A stretch of DNA of 63,341 nt, counting the filler, from Octopus bimaculoides (Eukaryota): NCBI RefSeq assembly GCF_001194135.2. It is 7 parts of 6 records of this genome, joined end to end, with 100 filler letters (N's around TTAATTAATTAA, not from the genome) between each part and the next. Parts side by side here need not be neighbours in the genome. Positions count along the whole stretch, not along the records: positions 50,100 to 53,435 come from NC_069009.1; positions 53,536 to 62,095 come from NC_069000.1; 5 more parts are not named here. One strand, given 5' to 3'. Positions 51,378 to 62,090 of this stretch are shown in pieces. The stretch's first letter is position 1. The number at the start of each line of letters is the position of its first letter. The notes below the pieces were generated by a model that did no database searches, was not told where the DNA came from, and worked only from the letters and a program-made list of their open reading frames with translations. Both the position numbers and the translations under genes were made by a program.

Positions 51378-52080
51378 CGATGGACCACCATCATCATCAT
51401 CATTTAACGTCCATTTTTAATGCTGGGATGGGTTGGATGATTTGACTGAAAACTGGTAAGCTGCCCTTCCTAATGCCAACCTCTCCAAGAGTGTAGTGGG
51501 TGAATTTTACATGCCAGCAGCAAGGGTACCAGTTACGAAGTGCCGGCATTGGCTACGACCATGAACTCACTTGGCTTGACAGGTTTTCTCAAGCTTGGTA
51601 TATTGTCAATTGGTCACTTATTACATGAGGCCCAATTTTGAAGGGTGCTTTTTATGTAATGGGCTACTTCTATGGGTGCCAGTTGTGTGGTACCAGTATC
51701 TGCCATGGCTATGATTTAATTTGGACTGATGGGTCTTCTTCTCAAACGCAGTATATTACCAAAGGTTTCGGTTACCTGTCATTGCCTCCGTGAGGTCTAA
51801 TGCTTGCATGGTGCTTCTTACGTGCCACCGGCATGGGTGCCAGTTACGCAACACCAGCATCAGTCACAGATGCCATTTATGACACCAGCATCAGCTACTT
51901 TGCCTCCATGAGGCCCAACGATTGAAAGGTGCTTTTTATGTGCCACCGGGACGGGTGCAAGTTATGCAACACCAGCATCAGTCACATTGCCGCCATGAGG
52001 CCCAACACTCAAAAGTTGCTTTTTACCTGCCACTGGTATGGATGCCAGTTGCACGACCCCAGTTTCAGCCACAGGTGTGA
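51378..52080 (-). mobile_element. SINE family C 3' part with tandemly amplified internal units
   Basis: catcatcatcatttaacgtcc...gcccttcctaatgccaac, then about five units starting GGTGCTTTTTAYGTGCCACC and ending TTGCCTCCRTGAGGCCCAAC. Confidence 0.75.
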
Positions 52081-52397
52081 GGGGCCAGTCCTGGTCACTT
52101 TCGCCATAAAACAGGTACAATATTTAGACTGGATATGATTGGTTTAAAATCAAAAAGGGTTAACATAAGCATTTACTGGGTGCTTCATGTGATAGGTAAA
52201 TCCTGAATTAGCCTCATTAGATCTTTTAAGGTCATTAAATTCCAACATGACACATGTTTCTGCTGCGTAACTAATTAATTGCCCATAAATGTTATATTAA
52301 AGGACTTTGCAACACTGCTGCAACAGAGACATGTGTCATATTGCAGCTTAATGAGAATTTAATGAGAACAATATTGTATTAAATAAATTTTGAAAAC

Positions 52398-52832
52398 ATA
52401 GGCACAGGAGTGGCTGTGTGGTAAGTAGCTTGCCTACCAACCACATGGTTCCGGGTTCAGTCCCACTGCGTGGCACCTTGGGCAAGTGTCTTCTACTATA
52501 GCCTCGGGCCGACCAAAGCCTTGTGAGTGGATTTGGTAGACGGAAACTGAAAGAAGCCTGTCATATATATGTATATATATGTGTGTATGTTTGTGTGTCT
52601 GTGTTTGTCCCCCCCCATCATTGCTTGACAACCGATGCTGGTGTGTTTACGTCCCCCGTAACCTAGCGGTTCGGCAAAAAGAGACCGATAGAATAAGTAC
52701 TTCGGCAAAAAGAGACCGATAGAATAAGTACTAGGCTTCCACAGAATAAGTCCTGGGGTCGATTTGCTCGACTAAAAGGCAGTGCTCCAGCATAACCACA
52801 GTCAAATGACTGAAAGAAGTAAAAGAGTAAAG
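52398..52832 (+). mobile_element. SINE family A, full-length, with a ~31-bp internal tandem duplication
   Basis: A/B box head, accttgggcaag motif, microsatellite linker; ttcggcaaaaagagaccgatagaataagtac occurs twice. Confidence 0.92.
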
Positions 52833-52879
52833 AGTATATGATCCTCTATTCATCTTTATGATGACTTTATTATTTGTGT

Positions 52880-53130
52880 GTGTGTGTCTTGGGTCGTTCT
52901 TAAGAAGACCCATCAAACCAAGTGAAATCATAGTCGTGGCAGATACTGGTGTCATGCAACTGGCATCCATGCTGGTGGGATGTAAAAGCACCCATTACAC
53001 TCTCGGAGTGGTTCGCGTTAGGAGGAGCATCCAGCCGTAGAAACCATGTCAAATGAGACTGGAGTCTGCTGCAGCTCTCTGGCTTACCAGCCCTGGTCAA
53101 ACCATCCGACCCATGCTAGCATGGACAACA
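52880..53130 (+). mobile_element. SINE family C, partial
   Basis: aaaagcacccattacactctcggagtggttcgcgttaggaggagcatccagccgtagaaac...acccatgctagcatgga. Confidence 0.8.
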
Positions 53131-53139
53131 CTTTGCCCT

Positions 53140-53435
53140 CTTTTGCTCTTTTACTTGTTTCAGTCATTTGACTGCGGCCATGCTGGAGCACCGCCTTTTA
53201 GTCCAGTAAATCAACCCCGGGACTTATTCTTTGGAAGCCTAGTACTTATTCTATCAGTATCTTTTGCCGAACCGCTAAGTTACAGGGACGTAAACACACC
53301 AGCATCGGTTGTCAAGCGATGATGGGGGGACAAACACAAACACACACATATATATACATACATACGACGGGCTTCTTTCAGTTTCCGTCTACCAAATCCA
53401 CTCACAAGGCTTTGGTCGGCCCGAGGCTATAGTAG
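53140..53435 (-). mobile_element. SINE family A, inverted relative to 52398-52832, truncated by a gap
   Basis: Reverse-complement homology is visible over ~290 bp. Confidence 0.9.
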
Positions 53436-53535
53436 NNNNNNNNNNNNNNNNNNNNNNNNNNNNNNNNNNNNNNNNNNNNTTAATTAATTAANNNNNNNNN
53501 NNNNNNNNNNNNNNNNNNNNNNNNNNNNNNNNNNN

Positions 53536-53574
<39 letters not shown>

Positions 53575-54073
53575 GTCTATATATATATATATAAACAGAT
53601 GCACACACAGACATACACACACACACACACACACACACATGCATATGTATGTATATAACACCTAGATATTTAAAGAGGTGACACAAAAGGCAATAATGCT
53701 CAATTGTGAAATTGGTATTCCTGCATGGCCTTGATCATGATGTGGTATGTATGTATGCATGTAGGTTGATAAGTGAATGGACAGACAGACAGATAGGTAG
53801 GTAGGCAGACAAACAGACAGACAGAGAAACAGGCAGCCAGATAGATAAATAGATAGGGAACGCCAAATAGATAGCTAGACAAAAAGATAGATAAATACAC
53901 AGACAGACAGACAGAAATGCAGGGAGGTAGACAGACAGACAGAAATGCAGGGAGGTAGACAGACAGTCTACAATATAGACATTTAGATATATTTTATATA
54001 AAACCTCCAAGAAAATGGCATAGACAACATACTACCTAATATAAGAGCCAACAGACTGACAATTCCAAATAAA

Positions 54074-54114
54074 ATGGCAGAACTAGTATCATCATTTAAA
54101 TTGCAGAAACTAAG
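54074..54114 (+). CDS. Candidate first exon MAELVSSFKLQKL (phase 2)
   Basis: taaaATGG start context and AAG|GTAAGC donor. Confidence 0.25.
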
Positions 54115-54188
54115 GTAAGCAATGGAAATTCTTCTTCTTCTCAATTCCATTATGGTTTTCAATTTCCTAATTTGTATTTGTCACTCAC

Positions 54189-54258
54189 CTCGATTGATCC
54201 AAGAATCAGATGTCCAAATATCTCCAATTGAGACATAGGATTCTTCAATAACAGTCAT
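54189..54258 (-). CDS. Candidate exon MTVIEESYVSIGDIWTSDSWINR (phase 1)
   Basis: Open frame ending at a GAG|GTGAGT donor. Confidence 0.25.
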
Positions 54259-54364
54259 CCAATCAGTTGCCAGTTTCTGACATTTTCTTCTCAGTCTAGT
54301 TCCATCTCAATAGCCATTGTCAAAACTGCCTTTATTCTAGTTGTTGTTGTTGGTAGTGTTGTTG

Positions 54365-54395
<31 letters not shown>

Positions 54396-55439
54396 CGGTN
54401 NNNNNNNNNNNNNNNNNNNNNNNNNNNNNNNNNNNNNNNNNNNNNNNNNNNNNNNNNNNNNNNNNNNNNNNNNNNNNNNNNNNNNNNNNNNNNNNNNNNN
54501 NNNNNNNNNNNNNNNNNNNNNNNNNNNNNNNNNNNNNNNNNNNNNNNNNNNNNNNNNNNNNNNNNNNNNNNNNNNNNNNNNNNNNNNNNNNNNNNNNNNN
54601 NNNNNNNNNNNNNNNNNNNNNNNNNNNNNNNNNNNNNNNNNNNNNNNNNNNNNNNNNNNNNNNNNNNNNNNNNNNNNNNNNNNNNNNNNNNNNNNNNNNN
54701 NNNNNNNNNNNNNNNNNNNNNNNNNNNNNNNNNNNNNNNNNNNNNNNNNNNNNNNNNNNNNNNNNNNNNNNNNNNNNNNNNNNNNNNNNNNNNNNNNNNN
54801 NNNNNNNNNNNNNNNNNNNNNNNNNNNNNNNNNNNNNNNNNNNNNNNNNNNNNNNNNNNNNNNNNNNNNNNNNNNNNNNNNNNNNNNNNNNNNNNNNNNN
54901 NNNNNNNNNNNNNNNNNNNNNNNNNNNNNNNNNNNNNNNNNNNNNNNNNNNNNNNNNNNNNNNNNNNNNNNNNNNNNNNNNNNNNNNNNNNNNNNNNNNN
55001 NNNNNNNNNNNNNNNNNNNNNNNNNNNNNNNNNNNNNNNNNNNNNNNNNNNNNNNNNNNNNNNNNNNNNNNNNNNNNNNNNNNNNNNNNNNNNNNNNNNN
55101 NNNTATATATATATATTTATATATATATATTTATATATGTAAAAGGTTGAAGAGGAACACATGAGTAGATGGAAAAAAAAGTCAAGGTAGAAAATACTAA
55201 AATACTTTTATAAAAAACATTTCAGTACCGCTTTTTATCCTTGAGATTTTTTCAACAGTAAATATGGATAACAAATTTTGGCAAATTTAAATGAAAAGTC
55301 TTTTTAAAAACCTATTTGCCTGGTATTCAAATACCAGGGGCATTTTCCTTGTTTCTGTCTGTCTCTGTTTCTCTTGTTAACTCTTGTGGGTTCGAGGTCG
55401 TTGTGAATTCTTGGCTATATATATATACACGCACATGCA

Positions 55440-55590
55440 CACAATAGGGTTCCTTCAGTTTCTGTCTACCAAATCCACTCATGAGGTTCTGGTCAGCTAA
55501 GGCTCTAGTTGAAGACACTTGCCCAAGGTGCCACACAGTGGGGCTGAACCCAGACACATGTAGTTGAGAAGCAGGCTTCTTACCACACTG
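55440..55590 (-). mobile_element. SINE family A 5' part
   Basis: Reverse complement of gtggtaagaagcctgcttc...gggttcagccccactgtgtggcaccttgggcaagtgtcttc. Confidence 0.85.
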
Positions 55591-56503
55591 CTATACCTGC
55601 ACCTATCCTTGTGCATTTTTTTTATTTCTGCAGTAATTATTTTATTCATTTTAACTTTTCATTGGATGGTATTAGCTAATCCTTATCAATTTGCTGTTGA
55701 GCAAATTGTTCATTTTTCCAGTGTATTAATCTTTCGCCATGTTTAGGAATATATTACTTTTATCACTCTTACTTTAGTTTCTATTTTTAATTCCTTTACG
55801 GTATGTTTAAACTTTATATTAATACTTGTTTGTTGCTTTATGCCTCAGAGTAAGTCTTGAAGCTTATGATCTGTGTTTATAATGTTTTAATCTCTATTAT
55901 TTCCAGAGCTTAACAGAGTAGGTTGATTTCAACTTTTTTCTCTTTCCATCATATTTCTATCAAAAAGAGAAGTCAACACTGTGGATGAAGAGCGTAATTT
56001 AGTCAAGGTTGAGTATACATTGTGAAAGGCTGAGAAATTTATCTTACTGAGTAGGTAGAATGATTTTCTTTTGAAGAGTATGTTTAACTTATTGATATTG
56101 CTAATTTTTTTATGAAAAAGATGTCAGTATTATAAAGAGCTTAGTATTGTTTAATAAATGTTCCTTAGTTATTGATTTGCTTCATATCTTTCTTTAACTG
56201 TGGAATTTCTTCTGTTTTCTGTATTTTCAGGTCTTGTGTATTTTTGAGATTTGATCAATTTCTGACAGAATTCTGTCATATACATTTTCTATGTTTTATT
56301 GCATATTTTAATATTTCCATAATATAGTAAACAGCTTTTCTTTTAGATATGTTGTATTGAACACATAGCACAGTTCTAGATTTATATTTTTTAGTAAGAC
56401 ATTTCATATTTTTGCATGAGCTCCTTCCATTTTACTTGGAGCAGAAATGCTCCTAAATCCATCATCATGTATATAAATATATGAGTGTGTGTGTGCATAT
56501 ACA

Positions 56504-56557
<54 letters not shown>

Positions 56558-56882
56558 CATACATACATACATACATACATACATGCACACACACACATGC
56601 ACACACACATATGTATGTATGTATATATATATATATGTTCATGAAATGCATTTTTGTACAAAGTCTATTAAGAGAGCTTAATAGTCATAATATAATTCTT
56701 GAGCAATTATACACACNNNNNNNNNNNNNNNNNNNNNNNNNNNNNNNNNNNNNNNNNNNNNNNNNNNNNNNNNNNNNNNNNNNNNNNNNNNNNNNNNNNN
56801 NNNNNNNNNNNNNNNNNNNNNNNNNNNNNNNNNNNNNNNNNNNNNNNNNNNNNNNNNNNNNNNNNNNNNNNNNNNNNNNNNN

Positions 56883-56928
<46 letters not shown>

Positions 56929-57382
56929 TGTATGCATGCATGCATGTGTGTGTATACATATACATAAATATATAAAATACATTTATGTGTAAATATATAT
57001 GAATGAATATGCAATGTAAACACTTTAACTGAATTTGAATTAATGATCTAGGACCGATGGTTTCATGTTGACAGAGAGACAGATAGACAGACAGATAGAC
57101 AGACAGATAGACAGACAGATAGATTTAGATATCTTTTTCCTATCCAAAACGGTTTTGCAACCCAATATTTATATGCTATCGTATATAGCTTTATATGTAA
57201 TTTGAGATCATATTCCAAACAAGAATTATTCCCTGTACTACTGAAAATTTATAAATTCTTATGACATCAACAAAATACAATTCTTGCTTGTTAGAGTAAA
57301 GTTTCTAAAATGGATAGAGGAATTCAAAGGAATGCTTTGGTCCAGTAGTAGAACGGCTTTAATGCCTACAGGAGATGTGGGT

Positions 57383-57433
57383 TCACGTGTCTTGAGCAGC
57401 CTTCAACTTTTTATCCAATAGGGGTTTCACAAC
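57383..57433 (-). CDS. Candidate terminal exon VVKPLLDKKLKAAQDT*
   Basis: TAG| acceptor (poor pyrimidine tract); phase-compatible with 59117-59191. Confidence 0.2.
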   Translation of the reverse strand, partial: VVKPLLDKKLKAAQDT

Positions 57434-57504
57434 CTAATATTTGCATGCTGTTATTTATAGCTTTGGGTCTACTAATATGATAGTTATTTCTTAAAGCATT
57501 GGGC

Positions 57505-57700
57505 TGGCAGAATTGTTAGCATGTCAGGCAAAATGCTTAGTAGCATTTTGCTTGTCTTTATGTTCTGAGTTCAAATTCTGCCGAGGTTGACTTTGCCTTT
57601 CATCCTTTCGGGGTTGATAAATGAAGAACCAGTAAAACTCTGGAGTCAATGTAATTGACTAGTCCCCTCCACCAAAGTTTCAGGTCTTGTGCCTTCAATA
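57505..57700 (+). mobile_element. SINE family B
   Basis: gctggcagaattgttagc...gagttcaaattctgccgaggttgactttgcctttcatcctttcgggg. Confidence 0.88.
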
Positions 57701-57729
57701 GAAACGATTATTATTATTATTATTATTAT

Positions 57730-58100
57730 TATTACCTCCATCTTAGTGAAGGCAGAGGTATTGTTTTCAGTTATGTTTGTTTGTTTGTTTGTGGACAAGA
57801 TATCTCAAGAACCATTGGATGGATTCGGATGAAACTTTCAGGGACGTTTGGCCTCGTGACTGACTCAAACTGATTAAATTTTGGGATTGATCTAGTACCA
57901 AACAAGGATTCTGGATTACTTTTCTAGTTTCTTTACTTAATTTTTGAGAGCAGTCAGGTTCATTATTAGTATTCTTATTTGTGAGAGCAGCTGAGTTTAT
58001 TTCAGATATTCTCATTTTAAAAATCATCTCTAGCTAATCGTTGAGAGGACATTGGTGTTGTCATAGTGAAGGTTAGCACTCTCTGAGTGCTCTTGTTCTT
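57730..58100 (+). mobile_element. Helentron-associated (DINE-1/HINE-like) non-autonomous element
   Basis: 5' ttacctcc...gaggt hairpin-like start, (GTTT)n tract, atatctcaagaacc..ggatggattcggatgaaactt core, and 3' hairpin AGCACTC-tct-GAGTGCT followed by a T-rich end. Confidence 0.6.
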
Positions 58101-58117
58101 ATTACTACCATAATTAT

Positions 58118-58565
58118 TAGGGCAGAATTGTTAGTATGCTGGGCAAAATGCTCAGCAGTTTTTCATTTGTTTTTACGTTCTGAGTTCAAATTCTGTCGAG
58201 GTCAACTTTGCTGTTCATCCTTTTGGGATTGATAAAATAAATACCAGTTAAACACTGGGTTCAATTTAATTGACTTAATCTCCTGTTCCAAATTTGCTGG
58301 TCTTGTGCCAATATTTGAAACCAATATATGTAATTTTTGAGGCATTGAGCTGGCAGAATCGTAAGCATGCCAGGCAAAATGCTTAGCAGTATTTCGGCCG
58401 CTTTTATGTTTTGAATTCAAATTCTGCCAAGGTTGACTTTGCCATTCATCCTTTGGGGCGGGGTGGGGTGGAGGGCGATAAAATAAGTACCCATTGAACA
58501 TTGGGGTAATTGACTTAACACCTCACCCAAATTTCCTGGCCTTATGCCAAAATTTGAAATCAATA
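58118..58565 (+). mobile_element. Two tandem SINE family B copies (58118-58325, 58345-58565)
   Basis: Each has ggcagaat A-box and gttcaaattc/attcaaattc B-box segments and the conserved central block. Confidence 0.85.
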
Positions 58566-58779
58566 TGATATCTAATTCTCTAAAAGAATTGTTCCTCATT
58601 CTCTCAAAAGTTTGTAAATTCTTATGATGTTGATAAATATAGATATATAGATATGTAGATATAGAGAATTATATAAATATAGAGAAGGTATAAATAAAGG
58701 CCATTGCATATTTTTGTTTATTGTAGTAAATTTGAGTTACAGCTGTTTATGGTAGTCATTATAGGTTTAAAGGGTAAAG

Positions 58780-59030
58780 GGCAAAGACTCCTTCGGTCAT
58801 GAATGACCATGGGATGCACCTAGAAGTTCCCCTCCAAAGGACAAGTTCATGCACAAGTTCGCACAAGGTTGTTTATGGAAGACCAGCAATCGCCCATGCA
58901 TACCAGCCTCCCCTCTCCACGCCAAAGATGTTATCCAAGGGAAAGGCAAAGGCTGATACAGCTTGGCACCATTGACGTTGCAACTCATTTCTACAGCTGA
59001 GTGAACTGGAGCAACATGAAATAAACTCCC
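58780..59030 (-). mobile_element. SINE/LINE 3' segment (RTE-related tail, family F)
   Basis: ggcgtggagaggggaggctggtatgcatgggcgattgctggtcttccataaacaacc, a tail type I recall from RTE-associated repeats. Confidence 0.55.
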
Positions 59031-59116
59031 TACCTTGTGATTGTTAGCCCAACTGAGCCATGTGCCTTCATTATAGGTTTACAATAAAGAAAAATATGTG
59101 ATGACCTCATTTATAC

Positions 59117-59191
59117 CTTGTCTTGTACATCACTCTGTGTAAAAACCAGTATAACTGGAGCCCAACCATGGATGAACCTTAACCTTGGATC
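59117..59191 (-). CDS. Candidate internal exon DPRLRFIHGWAPVILVFTQSDVQDK (75 nt, phase 0-0)
   Basis: Pyrimidine-rich acceptor tctctatgtattcttgtggcag|, donor AAG|gtataa; only frame 0 is open. Confidence 0.4.
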
Positions 59192-59869
59192 CTGCCACAA
59201 GAATACATAGAGACCTTTACTAATCCAAACAATATTGTTATTCTGATGTGCTAATAGAGAGCTTATAAATTAGCTTACCCAGAATTGATAGATATAGATA
59301 TATATATATACATACGCTATATGTTATGCACTTTTCTTTCATAATTTATGCTAGCAACTCTAACATTCCATCTTATGTATAATCTTGCACTATGTTTGGA
59401 TCACCCATAATATTAGAATGTCATTTGCATTTTCCGTTGAATAACTGGTAACTCTTCATCGTGAAACTATTAGGACTTGATAATAAATTTCACTTGTATT
59501 TAAGAATACTGGGTAGTAACAAAGCAAGACATCAATTTCATGTAAGTGAATATACTCTATAACATGTGATGAGTACTTTTTCTTCCATACAGGGAGCAGG
59601 TGCTTAAATTGTATGTGAGGCAGTGAGTGTGTGTGTATGTATACAACTATATGTGTGTGTGTGTATATATCTATGTATGTATGTATATATGTATATATCC
59701 ATATATATATGTGGTCACACATACATATATATGTGTGTATGTATATTTATATATATGTATTTGTATATATGCATATATACACACATGCACATATACAAGC
59801 ATATATTTATATATACAAACATACATGCATACACTATATACATGTGTGTGCGTGTGTGTGTGCATAAGT

Positions 59870-59931
59870 GTGTGTGTGTGTGTATAAGTGTGTGTGTGTG
59901 TGTATAAGTGTGTGTGTGTGTGTGTGTATAA

Positions 59932-59962
<31 letters not shown>

Positions 59963-59985
59963 AGTGTGTGTGTGTGTGTGTATGT
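59870..59985. repeat. (GT)n array punctuated periodically by ATAA
   Basis: gtgtgtgtgtataa units x~5. Confidence 0.85.
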
Positions 59986-60845
59986 GCATGCATGCATGTG
60001 TTTATGTCCATGCCCACATATATGCATGTATGTATACATAAACCTGTAAAATAATATATCATTCTACCTGAAAAGTTTCGACCTCACCACCAATCCANNN
60101 NNNNNNNNNNNNNNNNNNNNNNNNNNNNNNNNNNNNNNNNNNNNNNNNNNNNNNNNNNNNNNNNNNNNNNNNNNNNNNNNNNNNNNNNNNNNNNNNNNNN
60201 NNNNNNNNNNNNNNNNNNNNNNNNNNNNNNNNNNNNNNNNNNNNNNNNNNNNNNNNNNNNNNNNNNNNNNNNNNNNNNNNNNNNNNNNNNNNNNNNNNNN
60301 NNNNNNNNNNNNNNNNNNNNNNNNNNNNNNNNNNNNNNNNNNNNNNNNNNNNNNNNNNNNNNNNNNNNNNNNNNNNNNNNNNNNNNNNNNNNNNNNNNNN
60401 NNNNNNNNNNNNNNNNNNNNNNNNNNNNNNNNNNNNNNNNNNNNNNNNNNNNNNNNNNNNNNNNNNNNNNNNNNNNNNNNNNNNNNNNNNNNNNNNNNNN
60501 NNNNNNNNNNNNNNNNNNNNNNNNNNNNNNNNNNNNNNNNNNNNNNNNNNNNNNNNNNNNNNNNNNNNNNNNNNNNNNNNNNNNNNNNNNNNNNNNNNNN
60601 NNNNNNNNNNNNNNNNNNNNNNNNNNNNNNNNNNNNNNNNNNNNNNNNNNNNNNNNNNNNNNNNNNNNNNNNNNNNNNNNNNNNNNNNNNNNNNNNNNNN
60701 NNNNNNNNNNNNNNNNNNNNNNNNNNNNNNNNNNNNNNNNNNNNNNNNNNNNNNNNNNNNNNNNNTATTATTATTATTATCATTATTATCATTATTATTA
60801 TCATTATTATTATTACCATTCTTCTTCTTCTTCTTCTTCTTCTTC

Positions 60846-60906
<61 letters not shown>

Positions 60907-61243
60907 CATCATCATCATTATTATTTTTATTGTTGTTGTTATTATTTTAGGAGGCATACTGGAAAATTTCTTTCAGATGTGACACTAAAGTCCCATTCTC
61001 TCTCTGTGTCTTTCAGTTCCCATCATATACATACATATATACATACTTATATACATACATATATGTATACATCCATGCACATACATATATATATGTATGT
61101 ATACATGTGTGTATATATGTATGCATGTGTCTATATGTGTATCTATGTAATAAATATAAATTACTCTGCCTTTAATACATTGAGTCTGTCCTTTATTCTG
61201 ATTGTGTTTCTCTTTGTCTTTATGAAAAACCCAACTACATACA

Positions 61244-61278
<35 letters not shown>

Positions 61279-61795
61279 GTATATATATAAATATATATAT
61301 ATATGTACACACTCACACACATCTGCACACACATATATGTGTTTGCCTAGCTTTCTCCTTCTTTACCCATAATTCATTAGTTTGTTCACTGTGACAGCCA
61401 TGTTGGAATTATCTCATGAAGCATTTCAATGAAATCTTACTTTCTTTCTCTTCCCTTCATACTCTACCTACCAACAGCATCTCTACATGTCTCTATCTAC
61501 CTCTCTATCTATCGACATATATTTCTCTTCCTCTTTCTCTTCACTCATATTTCCCAGATTTTATACATTATTATGACAACCATGTTGGATGTTTCTTAGG
61601 TATGGATTTCAAAGTGTACGTCTTTTTTTCTCAAAGTCTTAATTTTTCTTTCTCAACCTCTTTCTACTCTGGTTCCTCTTCTTATCCTTATTATTATTCC
61701 TCGTTACCAATAATTCTCAGGGTTGCTCATTGTGACAGACATGTTGAATTATTCTCATGATCTATTTAAAATAATCTAATTTTACTCACTCCCAT

Positions 61796-61838
<43 letters not shown>

Positions 61839-61899
61839 GTCTGTCTGTCTGTCTGTTCGTCTGTCTGTCTGTATATTGGTACATATATATATATAAAAA

Positions 61900-62090
61900 G
61901 CACCAGTGGCACGTAAAAAGCACCCACTAAACTCACGGAGTGATTGGCATTAGGAAGGGCATCCAGCTGTAGAAACACTGCCAGATCAGACTGGAGCCTG
62001 GTGCAGCCTCCTGGCTTCCCAGACCCCAGTTGAACCGTCCAACCCATGCTAGCATGGAAAACAGATGTTAAACGATGATGATGATGATAT
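61900..62090 (+). mobile_element. SINE family C 3' part with (GAT)n tail
   Basis: tggcacgtaaaaagcacccact...ggcattaggaagggcatccagctgtagaaac...gttaaacgatgatgatg. Confidence 0.88.

Noticed and set aside
56263-56278. Perfect 16-bp palindrome TGACAGAATTCTGTCA
   Set aside because: AT-balanced 8-bp arms are expected about once or twice by chance in this much sequence, and there is no supporting context.
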